From: Octopus bimaculoides
Lineage: Eukaryota
Assembly (NCBI RefSeq): GCF_001194135.2
Contig: NC_068981.1
Coordinates: 143,692,994 to 143,756,993 of the forward strand
Length of the DNA: 64,000 nt
Reading direction: 5' to 3'
Below, one piece after another: positions 51,351-64,000 of this stretch. The notes under the pieces are model-generated. The model did not search any database. It saw only the letters and a program-made list of their open reading frames with translations, and had not been told where the DNA came from. Within the stretch, counting starts at the first letter, position 1. Every line of letters starts with the position of its first letter. The position numbers and the translations under genes were made by a program.

Positions 51351-52435
51351 AAGGCGGTGAGCTACGTTTTGAGCTCAAATTTCTGCTGAGGTCGACTTTG
51401 CTTTTCTTCCTTTCGGGTTCGATAAATTGAGTACCAGTGAAACACTGGGATCGATGTAATCGACTATCCTCCTCCCCAAAAATTTCAGATTTTCTGCCTA
51501 TAGTAGAAACGATTATAATTATTATTATCACAAAGGCGGTGAGCTGGCAGAGTCGTTAGCGCGCCGGACATTGTCTTTAATCTTTTCGGAGTCGCTAAAT
51601 TAAATACCAGCTGAGTACTAGGGTCGATGTAATCAACTTAACCCCTCTCCCCAAATTTCAAGATTTGTGGCTATAGTAGACAGGATTATCAATTTTTTTA
51701 TTAAAACGGCAAACTGACAGAATTGTTAACACATTGGGCAAAATGCGTAGCGACATTTCGTCCCATCGTTACGTTCTGAGTTCAAAAGCCGCCGAAGTCG
51801 ACTTTGTCTTTCCTCCTTCTGCAGTTAACAAAATAAGTACCAGTTGAGTACTTGGGTCGATGTACTGGACTTATCCCTTCCCAGAAAATTACTGATCCTG
51901 TGTCGAAATTTCAAACCAATATCATATTTATTGTTTTTATTCCATAAATATCTCTTTTACTATAATTGAGTGTTTATACTTTTCATAATGTTTCTTAGTT
52001 CACCGTTGTTCTTATGTTTATGGTGACTTGTGGCCAACAGAATTGTTAGTGCGCCGGAAAAAAATGCTTGCATTATTTGTTCCTGCGCTTTACGTTCTTG
52101 GGTGAAATAAGTTAGCTATTTTATCCTTTGGAGATTAACAATGTACCGGTCAAGTTTTGGGACGATGTAATCGATTGCCCCCCACCCCTGCCGCCAAAAT
52201 TCTTGGTCTTTTGCAAAAATTGGAAAGAACTATAACAGCAACAATACTAATGATGATGATGATTTCATATTTTGGCAAATGGCCAGCGATTTTGGGGGAG
52301 GGGATAAACCGAATACATCGACTCCAGTACTCAGCTGGTATTTATTTTATCGACTCCAAAGTAAGAAATTCTAAGTAGACCGCAGCGGCATTTGAACTCA
52401 TAACGTAAATTCAGAAGAAATACTGCTATGCATTA
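51351..52435. mobile_element. Array of five SINE family 1 copies (four +, one -)
   Basis: Copies at ~51351-51516, 51532-51690, 51705-51922, 52030-52235 (+) and 52265-52435 (-). Confidence 0.85.
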
Positions 52436-52699
52436 ACTTTGCCTTTTATCCCTCTGAGATCGATAAAACAAATTTTCAGTCATCTACTGGGTCTTATAAG
52501 ACAAAATATGCCACGCTCATGCACTTCTTTCCTCTACAATCTTGGGTGATCGAAAATAGCTCGTGGAAACCGCATGAGTTTTTTTATAGAAAAACATTTG
52601 CTATAAAATGTTCAGATTTCTACGGATGTTTATTTACTTTCTGCGTTGAGGCTTTTAGGATTATAAGAAGGCAGATCTATAGCTTTGGTGGTTTGTGTT

Positions 52700-53750
52700 T
52701 TCGTTAATTTGGGGATTAAGATGTCTTTCCCCTAATTGAGCGAGAAAGTTATCGTCTACAGTTCCGTCATTAAACTTCTTTACGAAAACATTATGTGTTT
52801 CTGTTAAATATTTTAATCGGACCTTTTTAATCTTATATCCTGGTGCAATCCAGTTGTTTATTATTTATTATATCTGGGTGACTACTGTTGCTTTATCGCC
52901 AGTTATTATTTTGATGTTATGTTCGTTGCTTTGAATACTGTTTTTTGTGGGGTTTCTTTTGCAGCGAATGTTCTTCTGCCAAAATATTTTTTATTGTTGA
53001 TATTACACTAAATTTTTATCTTATTTTTTAGCAAGTTCTTGATAAAATCGCTTTGGATTGGCGTCAAACTGTTTGTTTTGTTCAAAGAATTGTGGACGTT
53101 TTTCAAAGCAACGAATACTTGCAATTTAGGGAGGATATTTTATTTCAAGTGTTGTTTGAAGTTGGATACTTTTGATCAACTTGTTTTTCTCTAGTATTTG
53201 TCACTCACTTTCTTTCTCTGTTTGTGTCTTTTTGTTATTAATTTCTCTTTGCTTTCCATATTGTTAGCTGGGATTTTGCTGTTGTTTTTTTTTATATATA
53301 TATTGCTCTTCGTTTATTTATACATTTCTTTATTTATTGAGATCTTAGCGATCATTCACTTTCTTTTGTAACTAAAGTACTTGTTGCATATGTTATTTCA
53401 TCCTCTTCGGTAATACTGATATTAATATCTGTTTTTATTACGTGTGTAATTGCTAGGTTTGTGTTTTTTAAACTTGCTGCTATCTTATAGCTTAGTTTTA
53501 ACAGAGGTAAAGTACATTCGTTGACCCGTATGAAAATCTAATGCTTTAAATTCTTGAATTATTTCTACCTTTCAACATCATGAACATGATTTCCAGCTAA
53601 ACAATTTTCCATTCTTAAATCTTCCTCATATTCCTCTTCATTTATGTTGTTTTAGATTTTATTTGTTATTATTTTATAGTTGTTGCAAGGCTCGTATTTT
53701 TTTTGTTGTGATTTTTGATATATCTTATAATTCGTTTCCCATGAATATTT
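52700..53750 (-). mobile_element. R4/Dong-like LINE remnant (pre-RT region)
   Basis: FFEQNKQFDANPKRFYQELAKK followed by FWQK, resembling the F..N.K.FY.EL...P.....FW segment. Confidence 0.55.
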
Positions 53751-53766
53751 GTGTGTGTGTGTGTGT

Positions 53767-53849
<83 letters not shown>

Positions 53850-54732
53850 TGTGTGTGTGTGTGTGTGTGTGTTCTGCTAATCTCTGGTTTGACTTTGAGT
53901 ATTTACAGAAGAATGTCGACCTGCAGTGAATGCTCATATGACTCAAAAGCGGAATTTCATTTTGCAGATCAGACGACAAAAAGCTGTCAATCACTTTTCG
54001 AGCAGATTGCTTCTTTTCTGCGAATGTCGCCGTTCCCTTAAGCCTTTGTAACATCATTTAAGCAGTAGCAGTTTTTGTCGGAACTGTCTTGTTGCCAATT
54101 AGAACCATGCATGCATCTCAACGCAGCACTGTCGCATTTCCCGCTTGTCACTTATTAAAAACTCATATTCAAGAATTTTCTTTCCTGCGCGTCATTTACT
54201 CTGACAAACACATGATGTTTATGAATGAACACAGCCTTTTTTTGACACCACACCGAAATTTTGAGTTGCTTTTTTTTTTTTCTTATTCAGTTATGATACA
54301 GTGTAAATGTACCATCAAGTTTTAGCTTGTGGTTTTTCAGTAGGCATTTACACTCTAAATAATTATACAATAACATGCACAAAAATGCACACGTGCCCCC
54401 GTGCGCACATGTTATTGAGCACATTTCTTTTTGCTTTCCAAAAGAGCCAACAGAGAAAGATCATAAAACCTATAAAGCAATATGACGTGAAATCGCAACG
54501 CTCTGCGTTGAGAAATAATACGATACCGAAGAAATCCAATATACCGTAATTAGTATCCAATTTACTTCATGGCCGTACGTAAGAATTAAAAAACCTCGAA
54601 GACATTTATACAATATTCACCACGTATTTCCTGTTGAAGTATGGATCGAGAGAGAGAGAGAGAGAGGTGGAGGAAAGGGGAAGAGAGAACGAGATAGAGA
54701 TTAAATTAGATCTCATTTTAAACAGCGTGATA

Positions 54733-54945
54733 ATCCTTTCTAATTTAGGCACTAGGCCTGAAATTTTGGAGGAGGGGACTAGTCGATTACATCGACCCAG
54801 TGTTTCACTAGTACTTAATTTATCTACCCTGAAAGGATAAAAGGCAAAGTGGACCACAGCGGAATTTGAACTCAGAACGTAGTGGCAGACGAAATACCGC
54901 TAAGCATTTCGCTAGGTGTGCTAACGATTCTGCCAGCTCGCTGCC
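54733..54945 (-). mobile_element. Full SINE family 1 copy with target-site duplication
   Basis: Flanks TTAAACAGCGTGATA (54718-54732) and TTAAACAGCATGATT (54946-54960). Confidence 0.9.
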
Positions 54946-55189
54946 TTAAACAGCATGATTAATAACAGAAAACTAGAGTATATTAGTGTTATATATCGAC
55001 GATTCAGAGAACGTTGACCTTCACTTGCCGACAATAATGCACGTGCTCTTTAGGGAAGATTTTGCAATCTCCGGTCAAGGATAATTATTTAGAGTATAAA
55101 TACCAACTCCTGCCCCGCAATTGTTGGCCTTGTGCTAAAAATGTTGAAAATCATTATCATCATTAATGGAAAAAAAAAAAAAAAAGCTT

Positions 55190-55380
55190 ACCAGCTTTTT
55201 ATCCGTCTTTACGTTCAGAGTTCAAATTCCACCGAGGTCCACTTTGTCTTTCATGATTTTGGGGTCGATAAAATAAGTACCAGTTGAGCATTGACTTATC
55301 TCTTACCCATGAAGCTACTGGCCTTGTGCCAAAATTTAAAATAATGATGATAACAATAATAACAATAATAATAATAATTA

Positions 55381-55439
<59 letters not shown>

Positions 55440-55602
55440 GTTGTTGTTGTTGTTGTTGTTGTTGTTAATATACAAAGGATTGAGGTAACTCCTCCTGAAG
55501 ATATAGAGTCAAAATTAAAAGAAGAGTGCTATTGTTATCTAGTGAACGATATTTTGTCATCGTGTGTGTCTTCAACGGTTTCAAAAAATATATTTGTTAA
55601 TC

Positions 55603-55662
<60 letters not shown>

Positions 55663-55855
55663 GGTGGCGAACTGGCAGGGTTTTTAGCACATCGAACAAA
55701 ATGCTTAAAGGCTTATTGTCCGTCTTTACGTTCTTAGTTCAAATCCGGCTGAGGTAGACTTTGCCTTTCATCATTTCGAGTCGATAAAATAAGTATCAGT
55801 TGAGCACTAGGGTCGATGTAATCGTCTTGTCCCCTCTCCCGAACTTACTGTCAAA
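55190..55855 (+). mobile_element. Two SINE family 1 copies separated by (AAT)/(ATT) microsatellites
   Basis: GAGTTCAAATTCCACCGAGGTCCACTTTG (55220) and GGTGGCGAACTGGCAG..GAGGTAGACTTTGCCTTTCATC (55663-55780). Confidence 0.8.
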
Positions 55856-56046
55856 TGAATAGGCGAAACCCTCCGTGCAAATCAATTATGACACTTTCTT
55901 GTTCTTGTTGTTGCGGTCGTTTTTGTCATCGTCGTTGCTGTTGTGACGTTTCATCTCGGTCTCCTTTACAAACGTGTCTCCATTACTATCTCTCACTCGC
56001 AACCCCAAATCTCTCTCTCACACATGCATTTGTTTTTCTGTCCCTC

Positions 56047-56083
<37 letters not shown>

Positions 56084-56429
56084 TCTCTCTCACCCCCTCT
56101 CTCTCTTCCTCTCTTTTTCTCTCTCTTATTCTCTCTCTACTCACTTTTTCGCTCTCAGTATTTGACATGACTGCAACTTTTAGCAAATCCCACCACCACC
56201 ATCACCGCTTCGATCGCTCAGAGACAATAGACCTACACATTCTTTGAATTTCTACCTCCACAGTCTTTATCATCTTAGCCCTATCGTTGCACTGAATCAG
56301 TTATATGCTCCCTCTCCCTGTACTATTTCTTTCACATTCTACAGAGCCAAATACCTATTGATAGATCGATTTATTTAACTAAACTGGCCATTCAGTCATT
56401 CGGCTATCTATCAATCCATTATCAGTGCA

Positions 56430-57507
56430 TCCGTCCATCCATCCATCCATCCATCCCTACGTCCACCCAACCATTGATCCATCGATCCATCTATTCATCC
56501 ATCCATCCATCCATCCGTCCGTCCATCAAATCATATTAGATCAAACGTCTATTAGCACACTCATACATCTAAATATCCATCCAAGCTAATATTTATTCTC
56601 CCTCCATGGATCCTCAGTTCTAACCGCTATTCCTTCCCTTATCCATCAACAAGCACATTCACCCATTAATCTATCTTTCCAACTATCTACAGATCCATCC
56701 TGCCTTCCTTCTTTCCTTCCTTCCTTCCTTCCTTCCTTTATTCATTCATTCATTCATTCTATCCTTCTTTCTTTCTTTCATTCACGCACCTATCCGTCCA
56801 TATATGCACATAACTATAATCCAATCCATTCAGCAATTCATCTCTTAAACAATAAAATTTTGCAATCCATCAATTTATCTATCCATAACTCCAGACACTC
56901 ATCCATCTGCCTGTCTTATTTCTGTCTGTCTGTCTATCCATCCATCTCTCCCTCCCCTATCCATCCATCTATACATCCGTTTGTCCATCCATCCATCCTT
57001 GTCAGTGATTTCATCGAACCGCATATATATATATATCTATGTATGTATATTCGTCTAATATTCTTATCCTTACATACATGTACCTCTTCATCCATTCACA
57101 AATCCACACACCAATATGTCCTTTCATCTATCAATCCATGCATTTATGCATCAATCTATCTATTCCCCTGTATATCCAACCATGCATCCACTTATTCGTG
57201 CATCCTATCCCTTCCATATTCTATTCCTTTACAGCCAATCTTAACGTAAGAGACCCCGATCACAGACATCGCTCATGTCTGAAGCATTCGCTATGGATTA
57301 CCGTTATATCAGCAGCGCCAGCAGCAGTTATATTGGAGCCAGTAGCAGCAGTTGCAGTAGAAGCAGCTACAACAGCGAGTATTGTAGTAGTAGTAGTAGT
57401 AATAGTAGTAGTAGTGGTGGTGGTGGTGGTGGTGGTGGTGGTGGTGGTAGTGGTTTTAGTGAGGTGGTGGTGAGGTGGTGGTTGTGGTAGTAGTAGTAGT
57501 GGTTTTG

Positions 57508-57551
<44 letters not shown>

Positions 57552-58255
57552 NNNNNNNNNNNNNNTGTAGTAGTAGTAGTAGTAATAGTAGTAGTAGTGG
57601 TGGTGGTGGTGGTGGTGGTGGTGGTGAGGTGGTGGTGGTGGTCTTAGTAGTAGCAGTAGCAGCAGTAGAAACAATCTTTGAAGTAGTAGTTGCCGAAGAA
57701 GCAGCACCAGCAGTAGTAGATGCAATAGTTATCCCTGCAGCCTCTACTGCAGTAGCCTCTTTCTCTTCTCGAAAGCCAGCAACTTGTTTCCCAGTTTTAC
57801 CAAAGCCCACTTTGGTGCTTGTGTTTCTCTTCATGGATTCTTTACACAATCAATGTACTGAACACCTACTACTACTACTACTACTACTACTACAACTACT
57901 GCTGCTGCTACTACTAGTACTACTACTATTAGTAGTAGTAGTAGTAGCAGTGGTTGTAGTAGTAGTAGTGGTAGTAGTAGCAGTAGGCCAGAACGAGATT
58001 TGAAAACAGGACGTAAAAATTTGGGAAACAATACCGCAAAAAAACATTCTGGCGCTCAAACAATTTTGTCAGATCCTAGTAGTAGTAGTAGTAGTAGTAG
58101 TAGCAGCAGCAGCAGCAGCAGCAACGTGGAAGATGTAAGCAATAATAATGATCTGGTGTTTGTAGAAGTCTCTGATCGCCGTTGTAGATTGACCAGAGCG
58201 AAATTTGAACACAGAACGTAAACATTTCTGTCGGATACAAGGCCAAGTAGTAGTC

Positions 58256-58327
<72 letters not shown>

Positions 58328-58345
58328 ACAGCAGCAACAGCAACA
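56430..58345. repeat. Degenerate (CCAT)n tract followed by (GTA)/(GGT)/(CTA) trinucleotide complex
   Basis: Direct reading. Confidence 0.92.
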
Positions 58346-58788
58346 TAGAAAATGTAGACAATTCTAATGATATGTTGTTTCTGAAGTCTATGACTGTTGT
58401 TGTTGTTTAACCCATGGTCAACTCCAATTCAGTTTGCCTAAATTCAAAGACTTCCGGCCGTTACTTCCCTATCATCTTGAATAGCATAACTAGGGATACC
58501 TCATCCAGTCGATAGCTTTGTTAACATGGTAGGGTGTCGTTTGAGTGAATGTGGTTGCTATTGTTAGGGGATCAAACGGACAAGTAAACGCTCTGCCGTT
58601 GGGTAGAGAAGCATAAGGTTGACAAAATCCATATCGTGCTCTACTAAATGCATGTGTGTATAAAACTATGAGCTCCTATGTCTTAAGTTCGAATCGAATA
58701 GGGATCTCTATTTAATCGGTTTTGCGCATCCCGTAATATTTCTGTCTTTTTACCTATATTTGGAATTATATGTAATATTATTCCGCTT

Positions 58789-58955
58789 GGCGCAGGAGTG
58801 GCTGTTTGGTAAGTAGCATGCTTAGCAACCACATGGTTCCGTGTTCAGTCCCACAGCGTGCAGTCTTCTACAATAGACTCGAGCCAACCAAAGCCTTCTG
58901 AGTGGATTTGGTACAGGGAAACTGAAAAAAGGCTGTCATATACACACACACACAC

Positions 58956-58987
<32 letters not shown>

Positions 58988-59190
58988 ATGTGTTTGTCCC
59001 TCCACCCTCGCTTGACAACCGTTGTTGGTTTGTTTACGTCTCTGTTACCTGGCGGTTCGGCAAAAGAGACCGAAAGAATAAGTACTAGGCTTACAAAGAA
59101 TAAGTCCTGGATTCGATTTGTTCGACTAAACGTGGTGCTCCAGCATGGCCGCAGTCAAATGACAGGAACAAGTAAAAGAATAAAAGAATA
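58789..59190 (+). mobile_element. Full-length SINE family 2 with an internal CA/TA/TG microsatellite
   Basis: GGCGCAGGAGTGGCTG head through to the CAGCATGGCCGCAGTCAAATGAC..GTAAAAGAATAAAAGAATA tail. Confidence 0.9.
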
Positions 59191-59334
59191 GTCGAAACAT
59201 GAGTTCGGATGTTATGCTTTTAAATTTTCTAACTGGAACAGAAGTAAAAACGTTATCAAAAACTTAAACAGAATGAAACAAGTTTAAATTTTACGATTTC
59301 AGTAATTTCAATTATGGTTCGTATGAGAAGATAT

Positions 59335-59935
59335 ATATCTTTCGTTTACTTTTTTCAGTCATGACTACGGCCATGCTGGGACACCATCTTGGAAGGTTTA
59401 TTCGAATATATCAACTCTAGTACTTTTTTAAAACTTTGTTACTTGTTCTATCGATCTCTTGGGTATGTACTAGTGACCAAAACCTGTTGTCAAGTGGTAG
59501 AGGTATGCAAACTCAAGCACAAAGTTATGCATATATATATACGAGGGTTGCCACAGTTTCCGTCCACCAAATTCACTCACAAGACATTATTTCTTTCTTG
59601 TCCACAAGGGGCTAAACATAGAGGGGACAAACAAGGTCAGACAAAGGGATTAAGTCGATTACAACGCCCCCCCCAGTGCGTAACTGGTACTTAATTTTTC
59701 GACCCCGAAAGGATGAAAGGCAAAGTCGACCTCGGCGGAATTTGAACTCAGAACGTAACGGCAGACGAAATACTGCTAAGCATTTTGCCCGGCGCGCTAA
59801 CGTTTCTGCCAGCTCGCCGCCTTCACTCACAAGACATTAGTCGACCCAGGGCTATGATAGCAGGCACTTGTCCAAAATCTCATTCAGTGTGACTGAACCG
59901 AAAACCAAATGGTTACAAAAAAGCTTCTTAGTCAT
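59335..59935 (-). mobile_element. SINE family 2 host copy interrupted by SINE family 1
   Basis: Tail TTCAGTCATGACTACGGCCATGCTGG at 59354; the head half resumes after the insertion at 59822. Confidence 0.85.
59590..59821 (-). mobile_element. Young full-length SINE family 1 with a perfect 18-bp TSD
   Basis: TTCACTCACAAGACATTA at 59572-59589 and 59822-59839. Confidence 0.95.
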
Positions 59936-60059
59936 ATAGCCCTGCCTGCGCTATGTATTTAACATAATGAAACCTATCAATGCCTGAAGGTCTATTAATC
60001 ATTTCTAAAAGGGGTTTGTTACCATGCGTCTCACTAGTTGTTATTAATAGGGGGATACA

Positions 60060-60900
60060 GAAAAGTCGAGTGGTAAAATAACATTTCGTCCCCTCCCTTA
60101 CACTCTCTAGTTCAAATCGCACAAGTGTCGATTCTAACTTTCAACCCTCCGAAGGACATTATTGTCAATTCCATCTCTCTTCTAAACATATTGAGAAAAC
60201 CAATGAATAAAAGTATTCTGTCTATGTATGACTATTCAGTTTTCAGACACTATGTTTCTGGCTACATTATCCAATCTGGCTTTGATTTAATTAAGAACGT
60301 ATGGTGTATTTTGAATGGTATTTGACAGCTATTTCTTGCAAATCGAAACACCACATTAATGTTCCCCCGTTGGATTGTAGTTACTGTCATCATTACCGGT
60401 GTAGCAATGGTAGTATTTTAGTAATGATGTGTTACAAATTCCATTAATATAGTTATTGTATTGTATAGTATGCAGGCTTGATGACCTGAGAGATAGTGCG
60501 GCAAGCGAGCTTTTATGTTGTTTCTAATGTTTGTTTAGACTATATGGAATGCAAAGCGTTAATTGATTTTCTGTTCTATTCATTTGTTGGTCTCGAATTG
60601 CTAACTTTCTTCCTCAAACGAGTGTGAACGAATTTGAACATTTGTTAATAAAAATGACACCAACAGCTGCTCAAAGAAGACAAGCATTTGTTATTAGCAG
60701 CATTAACGACATCTATAATGTCTTGGTAACAATAATAGGTTCATATCCATGCATTCTCGGTGTCGCTTTCTGTCGTCAAACAAGACATTTAATCATAAAT
60801 TGTCTCGATTTATCTGTATTAGACCAGCGTCTTGTCCAGAATATTCTTCCCTTTCTCATCCGTTTAGAAATAATGGAAGTTCAGCTAAACAATGATAAAA
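60060..60900 (-). mobile_element. Possible LINE AP-endonuclease remnant
   Basis: Loose motifs AAVGVIFINK (GGVG.L-like), LCIPYS, KARLDNV (QLDYI-like). Many stops. Confidence 0.35.
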
Positions 60901-61559
60901 TAACTCGCCAGGTTATTTAAATGGCAATGTGTTTTTCTTTTTAGCATTAATTATGTATCTAACAAAGGCGAAGATCTGCAAATTATATCGATTCCAGTAC
61001 TTGACTGTTACTTATTTTATTGACCACGAGGAGAAGAAAGGAAAGAATCCATCTCGGCGAGATTTAATCTGCGAATATAAATGATCGAACTACAGTAAAG
61101 TGTTTTGTTCAACACTTTACCATTAATGTCATCTACTTTCATTTTTACAGCATTAATTCTGTGGATTAGTAGAAATTTTAGAGTGTCGGACAAAAAGCTT
61201 TAACCCAATTTAGTTACAGCTCCTTCTGTTAAGAGTTCAAATCCTGCTGACTTCAAATGTACCTGTGATCTACTTTCCATAGCAGTTCACAACTGAAAGT
61301 ATGCTTCTTTTTTACATCAGAGTTTATGCTCTTACCACTGACTCTTTGCCGGTGTCGTACTAACTTGATGCTGAATGGGCACTGTGTCAGTCTTAAAACA
61401 CGTTTTTGGCAGCTGAACAGACTTGAGAATCGCGAAGTAAATTGCCTTGCCCAAGAACAGAATGTCTAACTTGGACCGCGAATCGAACCCAAGACTATAT
61501 GAACGACAGTCCTTTTGCCTATGCTATATACCACATATTTTGGGATTGTTATAGTGAAA

Positions 61560-61880
61560 ATGTGGAGGCGCAATGGCCCATTGTTTAGGGCAACGGACTC
61601 GCAGTCGGAGAATCACGGTTTCGATTCCCAGACCGGGCGTTGTGTGTGTTTATTGAGCGAAAACACCAAAAGCTCCACCAGGTTCTGGCGGTGGGGGGGG
61701 GACACCCCTGTTGTACTCTTTCGCCCCAACTTTCTCTCACTCTTTCTTCCTGTTTCTCGAGTAAGGCTGCGATGGACTGGCGTCCCGTCCAGTTGGGGGG
61801 TAACACATACGCCATAGAAACCGGGAAACCGGGCCCATGAGCCTGGCTAGGCTTGAAAAGGGCGCATGAATAAATTAAAT
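61560..61880 (+). mobile_element. tRNA-derived SINE with a V-domain-like central segment
   Basis: TGTGGAGGCGCAATGGCCC head, GGTTTCGATTCC B-box, GCTGCGATGGACTGGCGTCCCGTCCAG, GAAACCGGG..GGGCCCATGAGCC tail. Confidence 0.8.
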
Positions 61881-64000
61881 AGTGAAAATACATAATACAC
61901 CATATCAAACCCAACACTCATTGATTACTAGAGAACTCAAGACGATCGCTCGATCTGCGTGAGTTAGTTGGAAAATTAACCTCAAATATACTCGACCTTT
62001 CCCAAAGTGTAAAGAACACATTAGGTAATGTAGTCTAGTTTATATACCCTTAAGCTGACGAGATGGTCTGGGCTGGATTGTCTTCCATGAGAGGTTTTAT
62101 GATCGAGGTTGAGCTGATTCAGTTACTCATCTGATTTGCCAAAGAATATTTTCTGTTATAAAGAGATTAATATCAATCAAATAACTAAGAGTATTAAAAC
62201 AACATATAGCTTGTGTATGTGTGTGTGTGTGTGTGTGCGTATATATAGATATGCATGCATATGTATACAGTTTCTCTATAAAAAGAAATCATAGGACTAA
62301 TGATAGACTGTGATCGGAACAGATTAGGTTCCTCTATATCTGACGCTTACCGCTTGGATTGCTTCCTTCTTTTGCCAAAGCTGCTGAAAAACAGTAGCGT
62401 AAAACAACTTATTAAAAATGTAAACAATATTGTGAATGACACAAGTCATTTATATAATGGTACCGGTTTGGCAGCCGGGCATTAATACCATAACAACATT
62501 AATATCAATCATTCTTTTTAAAAAGAACCAACTCATTAGTTTCATGTATTTTTAACAAAACTACAAGTGATAGACATAAGTATCTGCGTACGGTTACATC
62601 GTCATTGATTTACGTGTGTCTGTATGAAAACAAAAATAATAATAGTAAAGAAAAAGAGAAGGCAGTAACCTAATTTCAAAATGAAGCTCTTTTATTCATT
62701 CATTTCTTTCTGTTTTGTCATTTTGTTTGAGAGAGGAGAGAAAGAGAGAAGGAAAGAAAGCAAAAGAGAATGTATGATAGAGAGAGGGAGGAAGGCTGTT
62801 CCTTTTTACCGTGTTTAACAAATATTCTGATGTTGCATACACAGTCTGTCTCGTCCATACAATTACTTCTATTGTAATTTAGGATGGCGCAACTGTTTGA
62901 GTTCACTACTAAACACTATTAGCAAAACGCGTCTTTCTTGTTTCGTTTGATGTTTATATCATTGTTTTAGTTGTTCGTAAGAAAACTGGAATCACACAGA
63001 ATTTCAAACGCAACAAATACAAGAGAATTACTAAACAGTGAATGAGGAAACGTATTTAACCCAAGGCATATAGCCTTCGTACAGACAGTTTCGACACGCA
63101 CGCACACAAGCACACGTATACATATAGTCACACACATGCACATATTGGCATTTGACAATAAGGTTATACAATTTCTTTCTCTTTATTGTAAATTGCTGTT
63201 TGCGGTTGCTACAGAGGATCTATCTAAATTCATTTTGAGATCAATAAATGACATCTCATAAGTTTATGGCTTTAGGATTTAGCAATGCTAACATCAATGA
63301 ATGTCACAGTAAATTAACTGGACTGTTTGATATTGGATACGTCCATTTCCAGTCACTTATTTCGGCCAGCTGACATTTGCAATTCGGCCGGGCTACCTCT
63401 GCTTGAATTTAATCCGGATTGTCTAGTAAGCAGAACTCTAGTATCAATAAATGATTCAACATCTGACATTGTGCTTTGAAAGCAAGTCATTCAACAATCA
63501 TTTCTGCATCGGTGATTCCCTTTAAATGGTAACCTGTTAGACTATGTTAGTACTTTTAATCAAACTGAGATTACAGATTTCAAATAATCTTATATTACAT
63601 CGATATGTGTGGTGTGTGTGCTTAAGCTTGTTTTTGTGTGAGCGCGTGCATGTGTGCTTGTTTGTGTTTGAGTGTGTGTGTGTTATTGAGTCCCATAAAT
63701 AGCTAGGTCGTTGACTGAAGGCGGAGTTTGTGTGATTGGTGGCGCCCGTTCCACTCCAGTTTATAACGATACGAGCAGTTGAATACTGTTTTATAATTTG
63801 GTGATTTTGCTTTTCGCTAGTGAACTTTCTCACCTTGTGGTACTTGCAGCTCTTTGGCTCAGGCAATTAAGCCTTGAACATTTCAACCTTCTGTAAACGC
63901 TTAATCACACATGCGCGCGCGCACACACAGATACAAGTATACACACAGAACACACATGCACGCCCACACAAATCTATATCTGTATATATATATATATATA

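Noticed and set aside
57385-57630. Tandem duplication of (GTA)/(GGT) blocks
   Set aside because: The copies flank the N gap at 57552-57565, so overlapping contig ends are the likely cause.
60624-60920. 98-aa plus-strand ORF as a host gene
   Set aside because: GTG start, upstream in-frame stop after the acceptor, and the opposite strand reads as a decayed LINE endonuclease.

Overview
AT-rich, repeat-dense eukaryotic draft-assembly window with 13 N gaps, most inside (TA)n runs. The SINE families and microsatellite load look like an octopus (coleoid cephalopod) genome; this is an inference, not a database result. There is no intact full-length gene, no CRISPR array and no genuine tRNA gene. Most of the window is decayed transposons: six Tc1/mariner-superfamily elements or fragments, a hAT, a Helitron, RTE-type and R4/Dong-like LINE remnants, and many tRNA-derived SINEs, plus simple repeats. 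Most listed ORFs are microsatellite or gap artefacts. Best non-routine signals: (1) a near-canonical type I hammerhead ribozyme motif at 25560-25614 (-) beside a ~185-bp-arm inverted repeat whose arms carry further decayed hammerhead cores; (2) an unidentified + strand coding-like exon cluster at 11.8-13.0 kb whose frame and splice phases persist through four in-frame stops; (3) a 28S rRNA fragment with compensatory helix changes at 5.9 kb; (4) tail-to-tail Helitron 3' ends and a 45-bp near-perfect hairpin. Family names come from recalled motifs; degenerate element boundaries are approximate.
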